Positions 1 to 11,400 of a stretch of 64,000 nucleotides of DNA are shown piece by piece. Position 1 is the first letter of the stretch; the number at the start of each line of letters is the position of its first letter. Source of the stretch: Antedon mediterranea (Eukaryota; Animalia; Echinodermata); the NCBI RefSeq assembly GCF_964355755.1, contig NC_092680.1, positions 16,377,045 through 16,441,044 of the forward strand, in the 5' to 3' direction. A model generated the notes under the pieces. The model saw only the letters and a list, made by a program, of their open reading frames with translations. It had not been told where the DNA came from and searched no databases. The position numbers and the translations under genes are program-made.

Positions 1-1229
1 AATGGTACACAGTGGAACGCTGATTTCAAATCAATTACGCTAAGAATCTGTGCATTAGCGTTACCTATTGTTTTCAGAGTTTCGGCTAATAATGGGAATG
101 GGTGATTAATACGTTTTATCCTGGAATTTAGATAGCGAAAGTCTGTGACAACTCTTTTATCTTTTGAATTTTTCTTTGAAACAAGAAGGACAGGGGAAGT
201 ATACGATTGGTGTCCTACATAACTGCTAAGATTCCTAATTTGACTAATTTGTTCAATTCGGCCTCAATAACATGTTTGTCTTTGTCTGTCGCGAAGTATG
301 GTCGAATAAAAAATGGTTCATCGTTAGAGAGGTGTATGTCAGCTTTGAAGTTTGGGCAGCTAGATAGTTCACCATAAAGTGAAAATGCGTTTCTGTTTTG
401 TTGTAAGGTTTTATACAAATCTTCTTTTTCTCTATGTGTTAAAACGCTGTCTGTTAAATCAACTTGTTTTCTAATTATTTCTTCCTCGGTTAAAGATAGC
501 AATGGGTCTGTACGTTCTAAATGTGGGTACTTGTTTGCGTTGTCATTGGTCAACTTTATTCTATCAATTGGTAGGTCGTTAGTAACTGTTACAAGGTTGG
601 TTAAGTGAAGGCTCGCGATAGGTTGATGTGTATTTAGAGATACGTTTCTGTTTGTGTTGTTAGTGATATCAATGTTGGTTTCTCCTCTATGTAATTTTAC
701 TAACATATCTGATGGACAAAGTTTTGAAATATTGGTGGTTGCATGTAGAACAACATCGGAATTGCGTACGAAGGCAGGAACCCTTCCTTTTAATTTAACT
801 GTTTTGGTATCACCGGGTTTAAGAAAAATCTTGTGTACAGGACGAAAGCTAAAAATCTTTGGTCTAATGCGAAATGTGTTTTCCTTAAAATTTAAAGTAC
901 CGTCGAGTTCAGACAATGTTTCGGTTCCAAGTATCAGGTCAATACCTGTCAAATTTTTAACGATTAATGCTGAAATTTTAAATTTGTGTCCTTGGATAAA
1001 TAATTCGAATTGCACTAAGTGGTTGGCATATAAGAAGTCACGACTCACCGTTACCTAATCGAAATTTAGTTGTGTTCACTTTAACTGGCTTTAAACGCGA
1101 TAAATAAAGTGAGGAATTAACGTACGATTGCGAGATTATAGTTCTAGTTGAACCACTGTCAAATAAAGTTAAAACATTTCTACCATCTGGTAAATTTCCT
1201 TTAACGTAATTTCTGTCGTTAAGTAACAA
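1..1229 (-). pseudogene. pol: Gypsy pol (aspartic protease and N-terminal reverse transcriptase), frameshifted
   Basis: 1038-1229 carries LTLFDSGS; 215-1048 carries DLILGTETL and PFFIRPY. Below 215, another frame reads GHQSYTSPVLLVSKKNSKDKRVVTDFRYLNSRIKRINHPFP...SVIDLKSAFHCVP, which are Gypsy RT motifs. Apparent 7-bp (~1040) and 5-bp (~217) insertions break the frame. Confidence 0.9.
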
Positions 1230-1320
1230 ATCAATATTATCTGAATTCCCTAAGTATTTTGCCTTAAAATTGTCGTATTTAGTATGGGGGCCAGATTATA
1301 GGCGGCATCTAGTCCCCTTT

Positions 1321-2280
1321 TTAAAAATCCTGCTGGTGGCTAGGGTAGTAATTGTTTGACTGTTGGTATGGGTATGGCGGGGGATAGTTTCCGTAAGAGC
1401 GGTTTTGTTGTCGGCAGTGCCTTGCTATGTGGCCTGGTTTCCCGCAGTAATAACAGGTTGGGGGAGGTTGTCTATATCTTGGGGTCGGTGGGGTCTGGAA
1501 TCGGGGTTTGTATGGGCTTGGGCTTCGGTTTCGTCTTGGGATATAATTTCGGGTGGGGGAACGTGAGCGTCGAGTATCATCATTAAGGGATCGTTTTGTT
1601 GTGGCCATGTCTAACTTGAGAGAATTTATCTCATGTTGGAGCGATTCGAGACTATTATCTGTTTCCTTATTGATATTGAATGAAACTTCCCGTGTGGCAT
1701 CATCTACGGAAAGGTCAAGGTAATTTTGTGTGCTATTTACGATATTTTCAATAGTGGCATCGATTGGGGTGGACATGGCTACAGCTGCTCTACATTTTGG
1801 TGGAAGGGTCGAAATAAATTTATTCTTTATCTGCTGGTCAGCGTATCCAATTCTGTCTGCGGCTTGTTTGATTTTGGTTAAGTGCTTTTCGGCGTTGTCG
1901 CCAGTGGTGTATGTAATTGAATCGTATTCTCTTATGTGCGCATAGATTGATTTGTTTTTACTAAACCTGTTGAAGAATTGGGTTTTTAAGGATTCCAGTG
2001 AATCGAACTGCTTTCCCTCAATCCAGAGTCTAGCTTGGCCCTGAAGGCTACGTTTAAAAATACTTATTACATTAATTAATTGGGCATTGTTTACGGGGTT
2101 TTCTAAAGTGTGGGCCTCAAGGTAGTCGGTAAACGATAAGTAGTGTGCACTACATTGGTCGTGATCGGTTATGGAACCGTCATATCTTTTGGGAAGGAAA
2201 TCGGTTTGTCTTAGGTGGGGCACGGGGTGAGGATTGACGGGCTCATTTAAAATTACTTCGTTATCAACAACGTCGACCAT
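1321..2280 (-). CDS. gag: Gypsy Gag polyprotein with CCHC zinc knuckle
   Basis: Intact 319-aa ORF. It has a capsid-like region (SLQGQARLW), an Arg/Ser/Pro-rich linker and CYYCGKPGHIARHC (CX2CX4HX4C). Confidence 0.9.
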   Translation of the reverse strand: MVDVVDNEVILNEPVNPHPVPHLRQTDFLPKRYDGSITDHDQCSAHYLSFTDYLEAHTLENPVNNAQLINVISIFKRSLQGQARLWIEGKQFDSLESLKTQFFNRFSKNKSIYAHIREYDSITYTTGDNAEKHLTKIKQAADRIGYADQQIKNKFISTLPPKCRAAVAMSTPIDATIENIVNSTQNYLDLSVDDATREVSFNINKETDNSLESLQHEINSLKLDMATTKRSLNDDTRRSRSPTRNYIPRRNRSPSPYKPRFQTPPTPRYRQPPPTCYYCGKPGHIARHCRQQNRSYGNYPPPYPYQQSNNYYPSHQQDF

Positions 2281-2687
2281 ACTTTATAATATTAATTATT
2301 AATCAAATATCAAAAACAATTTAGTGTATATATATATGTAAACTCTCACTTTTCAATCAAGGTTACAAATCAAAGATCAAAATGGTTTTGACTTACCCCA
2401 AATGCTTCGGATCCAATTAAAAATGAATTAAAGGAATGCAAAAAGTGTTAAAAAATGTTTAAATGTTCAAACAACGAATTAAAGAAATGTTAAAGTGCTC
2501 ATCAATGTTCAACTTTTCAAACAACGAATTTAAAAAAAATGCGAAAGGTGTTCATCAATGTTAAAAAAAAAAGTAAATGTTAAAAAACGATCGAAAAGAA
2601 AAAAAGAAAAAAAACAAAACGGCGTGAATTTGAAAGTGTCCAAACGAAACAGTTCTTGTCCGCTTGCTTCTGTTTTGATTCTTCTTG

Positions 2688-2893
2688 GGTCTTCCTCGAT
2701 TATCTTCTTTGTCCTTATCCAATGGTTATAATTTGATAAAATTTCTGCTTGTCTCGATCTCATTCAAATATAATTTCAGCTTGTCTTTTGTGTCTTCCTC
2801 GATTATCTTCTTTGTCTTTATTCAATGGTAATAATTTAATAAAATTTCTGCTTGTCTCGATCTCATTCAAATATAATTTCAGCTTGTCTTTTG
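2688..2893. repeat. Tandem duplication (2 x ~103 bp) in the Gypsy leader
   Basis: tcttcctcgattatcttctttgtc...atataatttcagcttgtctttg-like unit occurs twice head to tail. Confidence 0.85.
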
Positions 2894-3011
2894 AGTCAAA
2901 GTAAATTTCTGGTTTTCTCCTTTCAAACGAATATGGTTATTTTTGTCTTCGTCTTCGTCTTCGTGTCTTGTTAAGTGTTTATTTCTTGTTTTCTCACTCC
3001 GTTCCTTATGA

Positions 3012-3029
3012 AATTTGGGTCTTCCACCA
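3012..3029 (-). promoter_or_regulatory. Primer binding site
   Basis: TGGTGGAAGACCCAAATT abuts the LTR CA end. TGG complements the tRNA CCA end; TGGTGGA is compatible with tRNA-Ala (inference). Confidence 0.75.
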
Positions 3030-3612
3030 TGTAATATAATGTTGCGTTGTTGAGGTACTAATGAAAGACTCTAACTCGCTTGACTGTCGTAACACATATA
3101 TTGTTTATTCAGTATAATACTTCAGTACAATATACAACTATAAGTATAGATAAGGAACGGACGTCAATGATGCTGTCGGTGAGGTGTGAAGTGTGTAGGT
3201 CTGCTTCTGAAGAAGTGGCTGTGAGGTGTGTCTGGGCCCTTCTGAAACTTGGGAGTATATTGGCTCAGTTCATTTGCATATGTCAATTACGTAATCTGTG
3301 AGGGTAACGATTGGTCCTAAGTTGATCCAGGGGTGTTTAAGTGGGAGTGATTAACGGTATAATAAGGTATTTCTGTGATGGATGACACTGTCAAATCTGT
3401 ACTTAAATAGTGTCAGTCACTCCTGGTTTAACGATGGGAAAGTCACAAAATTAAGCTAAGTGTTTTTTTTAGGGACTCTATTATAAACTAAATGGTCATT
3501 AAAACATCTGGACAAACTCTCCTCTGGACTTTCTGGGTCAAGTTTGTGAACCTATTTAAATTCCGATACAGAGGTCGATTTCTTAAATATAACAGTATAT
3601 CGTTATATTACA
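3030..3612 (-). repeat. 5' LTR of the Gypsy element (583 bp)
   Basis: 10-bp terminal inverted repeats TGTAATATAA (3030-3039) and TTATATTACA (3603-3612). AATAAA on the minus strand at ~3104-3109. Directly followed by a PBS. Confidence 0.88.
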
Positions 3613-5458
3613 AAAGGCACCCGTTTCTAAGGAATTTACTGATTCTAGATATACTGCTCTAGATGACATGCAAGTAAACATTACACAATATCGTTTAAGA
3701 TGACTCTTTATACAGTATTGCAATGATAATTTACGTACGGTATTGCCGAATTTTTATATCTCATTTAAATACTATCGAATCTTCATACAGTATTTCAATA
3801 ATAATTTAACGTGGGACGCGCACCTAATATACAGCAACAATATTGCTGGTCGTCAGTCGAGTTATTAGCAGAAATTCACGTAATTAATTACCGTACCAAA
3901 CAGACACTTCATCTTATTTTCATATCATCTTACCCAGTCTGTCCTCCGGTAAATTATATATCTTTTGTGTGTTTAGTTGACCTCGTAAACGTTTGCTGAT
4001 CACACATTCACGAATATATCTGGAAACCGAACCCGTAGCTCAAACTAACCAATATCCATTCTGACGTAGAGCATTCATAGTAGCACTTCGACTTATATGG
4101 CTAACCTTACCGATAAGTAGATGTGAGCATGCAAGACTTTAAATTGTATTTATTAGTACATTATCCGTAAATAAACTACGTGGATAACTTAGTCATATCA
4201 TCCTCTGGGCAAAATACATCAAGCTTCGAATTATGAAGGATTTACCGGTATTTATTTTATAACCCGGATGGATAAGATCACCCAATGAAAGGATGCTTTA
4301 TTACGGGATCAATGCACTAATACCAATCTTATAAGAAATCTATAATCTGCGTCAACAAAAAAGAACAATCTTTGAATGGCAATGAAGAAGCTTTAAATTA
4401 TTATTGGGATATCAGTGACAGGTAATCGTGCATAAAAACAGTAATATGATACAAATCAATACAATATACACAAATTTGATGTAGCAAAATTAATTAATTT
4501 AGAAAATACATTTATTTGGTTTTCTATACTTAATAATTACTAATTTATTACTGCATGAATGATAATACTGTAGGTATCCTTGCCATTTTATTTGTTAATT
4601 ATGCATCACAATCACATGTCATGCTGTGTTATTCTACGGGCAAATTGATATCTAATGGTGATTATTATTGGTTTCTAATACATTAATTCAGCTTTTTTTG
4701 TAAGAAAAAAGTTCTTGCGTACGGAATAAAAATCTAAGTATGGCTGTGGTAAAGAGTATCGTATCTGCTCGCTCTCTCTCTCTCTCTCTCTCTTATTGCA
4801 GCTATTTGTAGACCGATATGGTCATAATTCATCCAACTCCAAATTTTTTTGTATACTAATTCAATAAGGCACATAGTATTGTTATTTATCCCTTTTTATA
4901 CCAATCTTCATATTATATCATCTTTTAATATACCTATTTATATAAATTAAAACCATATTTTTCTTATTCATATTTCTTCCAATATACTGTAATCTTGATC
5001 ACACTGCTATACATGGAATTATTGTAGAAAGACTATATTGGTAATAAACAAATTTCAAATAATAATATGTTAGCCTATATTATTCATTTGTTTCAGCTGA
5101 AATATAAAAACAAAACTTGTATAAATAATTTGTAAACAAACTGAAAGGAACATGCACATCCATTTTAGTAAATTTAGTAAATTTAGTAAATTAGCCAAGT
5201 TCTTGAGTAAAGACTAAAAAATGATAGACAACCACAATGTATTGTTTGAATAAATCAAAGATTCCCCATGATATTTGGGGTTTAATTTAGGATCAACCTG
5301 GATTTTACAAATCCCATGTTTTACGTACGTCCTTCAGTAACGTACGTAAAATGTACATTTTTCACATACTATTATTGTAACCATTAAAAAAATCCTGGAT
5401 ACTCCCCTGAAAATGTTACTTGAAATTAACTGATATGAATATACCTTGAAATACATAC

Positions 5459-8400
5459 TTAGTCATCTATGTTCACAGACAGAAGCCTATCTGTCAAACG
5501 ATCTGTGAGGGGGGTGTTTTCTCGCAATGCTTTTCTTTCCAACAGCAGACTTCTATTTGATTTTAAAATATATTTGTATTATTGTATTATTGTATAATGA
5601 CGGGTAGATACATAATGAAGCGAAGTTCTTAAGCCAAAGGGGGTTTGAGGGTTGTTACGAAGCTGGAGTGCAGCAGAAGTGATGGTAAATAGAACCATCC
5701 TATACAAGCCTGAGCACTGGCTTGTTTAATTATGTATGTACCGTAAAGCTGTCTAAACTATCAAACTAGTTTGACAAAAAAAGTGTGATGTTCCCAAATG
5801 GCCACATCACATTTTTTTGTCACATAGAGATTGTAGAGACCGCTTTAGAATCAATAACAATTTATTTGATCTGAAAAGAAATACAAATATTATCACTGTA
5901 GTGTAAAAAAAAATGTGAAAGGATCAGAGAGACTTCCAATAACACCGAACAATGGCCAAAAACATGAAAGGCACCTTGTGTAACAGAAGTCTCGATATTA
6001 TTTATAACATTTGTTTATACATAACTTTATAAGAATAAATAAGATGGAATTTATAGTTTGCATTTCAGATAGTTTGTACAACATACCTACCATAGTAGTA
6101 TACAATCCTGACCTATAGTTGTGATTCACAACCCTTTCGACTCCACTTTTTAAGCCTCAGTTTGTAAGCACAATAAATTATAAAATAGTTTATCCATCCT
6201 GTAATTGGTGAGTTACTCACTGTTGGATGCATTTGAAATTTAAAAATATGGGTTCTGTAATTAGTTTTTGGTAATACTTTAAACATTTTACCTGGCAAGT
6301 TTTTTATGGTGCTTCTCGGGAGAATTGATAGCAGCATGAATAAAAAGTTGCTGAAACTCGTCTCTCTGAGAAATACAAAATTGTCACAATAACTAATACG
6401 AAATTATTTATAAAGGTATTTTTTTATATATACAATAATAATAGAAATTTAGCTTGACAAGTGGAACTGGGACTCGGTGACGTAAACAGCACTGATAGGT
6501 AAATCATTGTATGAGTTGCCATTTGTATCCCATATCTTGGCATTAACATAGATTTCCTATCACGCAGATAGTGCAATTAGTAAATTTATCTAAATTGACC
6601 TGCCCTCATTTTCGTAATGTTCTAGTGACCATAAAATCAATCTATTTTCGTACGTGGGCTGTACTAAATTGGAAATAGAATTATAAGAGTGGAAAAAACA
6701 GAAATTGGACAAGATTTTAACCAATCACCCTGGAATTTGAAGGTAGACATCATAATCCATAGGCCTACATTTTTATATTTGAAATACAGAGTGTGCTTTA
6801 AATGTAAATGTATTTATTCTGGTTCACAGTCTTAACTGGAAACCGAGGAAATTATACACTCCACAGACCCACGGCAGCTCTGTCTACACTATCAAAGTTT
6901 GACAAAAAAAGTGTGATGTTCTCAAATATGGTAGTGAAATGACATCATCATGTCCATATATGAGCATATGACATTTTTTCTTTTGCCATTTGGTTAAACA
7001 AACTTTCCAATTGTTTTTTAAAAGGAAAACAATTTTTTGTACCTGTGCATTGCTTCCTCCCATTTTCACAATCTTGTATCTCACTGGATTCAGTAAATCC
7101 ACAGCTTGTGCATATTCACCATTCTCGTATGCTACGAGTGCTTCACACACTGGTAAGCCAACTTCCTTCATTACGTCACATTGATCTCCACAGCGACGCC
7201 TAAATGCAGTGAAATACAAAGCACGTTGGTTATAGTCAGTGTAATGTGAAAATTGAGCAACACAGACAGCACCGACGAGTGAAGACGGTAGCCAAATCAC
7301 TCCGGCCGCGCTTCACTCCGGCCGCCGTATCAGTTTAGCGCGATGTTATGCACTCCGGCCGCTATTCAATTCGACTTCCTGTGCAAAGGGGCCGTTAGTA
7401 TGGAGCGCCCATATCTATGTTTTCTATACTGTTCAGTGTTATAACAAATTCTTGGTGAATTTAAATGGAACTAGTTGAATATTTATTAGCAACAATTTTA
7501 CTTTTTTCATTAACAATAACAATCAAAGAAGTTGGAACTGCTTTTTCTTTCAAACTAAACTTAACTTAATTAAATTCAATAATAAAATAATAATCAAATA
7601 CCCGTAAACTTTTCATAGACTCATTTCCAGCCGTTGATTTTCTTCCATTTAATCCCATGTAAAAGGTTAGAATTGAATTGCGCCGTATAAAAAAGGGCCA
7701 AATCAAAAAGAGCCGAACGTAATGCAGAAAGAGCCGAATAAAAAAGGGCCGAATTAAAAAGAGCCGAACGTAATGGTAAATGGGCCGAATAAAAAAGAGC
7801 CGAATGCTGAAAGAGCCGAACGTAATGGTAAATGGGCCAAATAGAAATGCGCCGAATGCTGAAAGAGCCGAACGAAATGGTAAATGCATGGGCCGAATAG
7901 AAATGCGCCGAATGGTAAAAGAGCCGAACGTAATGGTAAAAGAGCCGAATAGAATTAAAATTTGCTGCCGGAGGCAGCAATGGCGTTCCATACGGACTAC
8001 TGTACTTTAATTGTGTGTGAAGTACTTTCGATCGAATTTGTTGCGGAATTCTTTAATTGTGCGAGGAGCTTTCGAATTTGTTGCGGACTTCTTTAATTGT
8101 GCGAGGAGCTTTCGAATTTGTTGCGGACTTCTTTAATTGTGCTTAGCTCTTCTTTAATTGCGCGTTTCTTCTTTATTTGTGCATTTCGTTTTATATTTTC
8201 ATGCTTTCTTTTGTTTATATGCGATTTCTTCTTTAATTGTGCGATTTCTTCTTTAATTGTGTGATTCCTTCTTTAATTGTGTAATTCCTTCTTTAATTGT
8301 GTGATTCTGTGTTATAGTGTGCGTGACAGTTGTGGGCCACCGTAGAAGGCAGTATGACAGACAGAAACGCGAATACGCATGTGCATAGCATGACGCTTTC

Positions 8401-11400
8401 GATTTGCGCGAACAAATTCGCCTAGTGGAAAATCGGCTTAACGTTTGCTGTTATACTAGAGAAATCACGATACCGTGTTGTACCGGAAGTTTCATCAACA
8501 CGCAGTGCATGCTAGGATAAAGGGTCAAATCGTTGATCGCTTGAATTGGCTGGGTTGTCAACAATCATCGTCGCCTCCTCGCTGTCCGATGTATTCGCGC
8601 GGTTTTTACCATTTTCATTATTGTATTCGTTCACGTTTGCATTGTTGTTTATTTTGTTCTCGGTTCATTTAAATTAATAACAGTTATTTTAAGGGTTTCA
8701 TTGTTTCATCTATACACTATGGAAGAAGATGCCATTTTTGCGATGTTATTTTTTATTCTGTTTGGAGTGGGAAACGATAGAGGCCTACTACCACTACGAG
8801 TTGGCCCCAATAGGCTAGGCGTAAAGCGTGGTTCCCACTAGAACGTAACGCAAGGACGTAAACGCAACGCAAGCGTTTTAACCAATGACAAGCGAAGTTA
8901 TAGACAGTTAGCAATCACAAGCGAATAAGCCATCGATTGTGATTGGTCAATTCACTTGCGTTGCGTTACGTCCTTTTGTTGCGTCGCTAGTGGGAACCAC
9001 GCTTAAGACGTGGTAGGAGGATGATTGCTGGCAGCGAAGCAGCAATAAATGGGCCCAATCTTGTTAGCAACGTCGCATGACATGATTGATATTACGACCT
9101 GTTTTATCGAGAGGTCAAAATATACCCTGAGGACACTTCCAACACGGAACGGCGACCGGGAATCCACCGTAGAAGGCAGCCAAGTAGCCTTTTTTGCAAT
9201 TAAAATCTCATTACACGGAATCTCTTTGTTGTTATACAACACATTTCTCGTAGGCGTGTAGAATATGCGTGTAATAGCGTGTTGTATAAACTGATGATTT
9301 CTGTGGCTGAAGCTGACAACTGTGTCTTGGGAATATTCCTTTCACAAGCACATTTTTTAAACCAATACGCATGGTTTATGATTACCTTTTCCATCAAAAT
9401 TATTAGGCAGTTTGTGTAATCTCCGTATACATGTGGGTAAAATGTGCATACATGTAGTGTGACATCAATAACGTATGTGATAACGATTTGTTATGCCTTT
9501 TTACTTGCGGAAGGCATTTCACAAGTTTAAGATTTATTCGTTAAAAATTAAGTGGTTTATTCAGACTTAGTTTTTGCATAACTGTTTCAAGAAACGACAA
9601 CATAGTAAAAAATGTTGTTACCACCCACTTTTGCCCAAATGAAAAAAGCTATACATTCAAACGTATACGTGTTGTGACACAGTTCTAACATTTTTGTTAC
9701 GTTACCTTATGAATTCTCGTATAGATTTTATCTGCGCTTTTGCAACATCTTGATGTTCGGATCGTAACGCTGCCATCACATAGTGCAAGTCACTGTAGAC
9801 AAGCAGATGTTTGAAATGAAAAGGTTCTCCTGTTTCATACAGTTGTTGCCAACGTTCTTTTTCTACCTTTACACCTGTAACAATACAAGTTGATAAACTG
9901 CAATGAATGAACAAACAGCTGATTACAAGAATGCACTGTTACCACAGAATAAAAAAATATACCTAGCTATTTGTTTTTTTGTACACATCTTAAAAATCTT
10001 GATTCAATGCAGACATGGAAAAGGTGGCTCAAAAAAGATGAAATGTGGGAAATTGTGTTATAGGATAGTAACTTACAAAGTTTTTCTCCCTAGTAGTAAT
10101 AGTTTTCACCAGGTACTAAGTTACAGCCGCATATGGAGTCATTCCTGTCGGGAGTTGAACCCAGGTCATTCTGTATGATAGTTATGTTACCTTCATCATG
10201 TGTAGAAAGTGGTAAGAGATCAATATAATGTTTTAAAATATCTCTGACTTACCTTCAAATTCAAGTCTATACAGGAGTGATGCAGCATGTACTGTATAGG
10301 TGGAATTAAGACACCTTGGTAATATCTTATAAAAACAAATATATGTTTAGAAATTGCATGTGCAACAGTTAACTTATGCTGTACAAATAGTTGTAATAAT
10401 GTGTTCAATACTTAAGCCTGTTTTCAACTAGCCAAAGTTGTGTTACCCTTTCCACTAAGATGTTCATTTTCATCACGTCTGTGCCTACTGAGCTTTTTGA
10501 TTCGAACGAGTGTTCATAAATCATTTCCTTAGCCCTGATTAGTTGCACAATTTTTCTCTTTACAAAAAGTAGAAAGTATTCGAGCCGCTAATTTTGCTGA
10601 AGCAAGAATACATCGCATAAGGGGATTTGGAAAATGAAAATATGAATGCGTATATAAGCCGACGCTTTTCATTAGTGAACAAATTTACCTAGTGGAAAAC
10701 AGGCTTAAATGGTCTTTCACATCTCTTCCAGCACGGTTCCGGTCCGGCAACAAATCAAATTGAACGCCAATGTTTCTATTACAAGACGTTCCATGCGGCT
10801 TTGCGATTTTATTGGCCGGCGCCAGACCTGAAACGTGCCGGAACAGGTGTGAAAAATTCTTTATGCAGCAGCCAGTAATATTCAACCAGTTTACCTCTGA
10901 ATCATATATATCCAGTGCTTTGCTGTAATTACCTATCTCTACATAATAGACAGCAAGATGCCAGTAAATATGACCAGCTAAACCATCACAAATCTACAAA
11001 CCAAATGATAAAATTCCGCAATATTAGGCGGAAAAAATTGGAAAAAGATGGAAAATATAGACAATATTTGTTTCATCTTTATTGTTTAAAATTAATTAAT
11101 ATTCGGTATATCACCAGGCGTTTTACCATTTCTTCTAATTCCTGTAAATTTTTATAATTTCCCTATAAATAACATCCCACAGGATTTTGACAAATATTTC
11201 ATTGTAATAAATTACCATTCACTTAGTATCTACATGAACATTCTAGAATAAGATGTTTTGATTTAAGAAACCATGTATAATTAATATAAGAACAATCATG
11301 AACATTCCAGAAGTGCTATTAATAGAAACTGTAATCCAATAGAATAAGAAGTATAAGGAATGATCTAGAAGGTTATGAACATATTGTATATAAGGGGAAG

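Larger units (their letters stand above)
1..3612 (-). mobile_element. Ty3/Gypsy LTR retrotransposon, 5' portion (5' LTR, PBS, leader, gag, protease, start of RT); continues off the left window edge; decayed
   Basis: Order on the minus strand is LTR-PBS-gag(CCHC)-protease(LFDSGS)-RT, with no integrase between protease and RT (Gypsy order). pol is broken by small indels. Confidence 0.93.

Noticed and set aside
654-1945. Plus-strand ORFs overlapping gag/pol
   Set aside because: They are antisense shadows of the retrotransposon ORFs and have no motifs.
6884-7300. 138-aa ORF as a standalone gene (likewise 9702-9914, 11942-12280, 23268-23450, 29682-29882)
   Set aside because: Each is one TTC38 exon plus intronic read-through.
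7566-8010. Repetitive ORFs on both strands (IRPF/SALF repeats)
   Set aside because: They are translations of stop-poor 20-bp tandem subterminal repeats.
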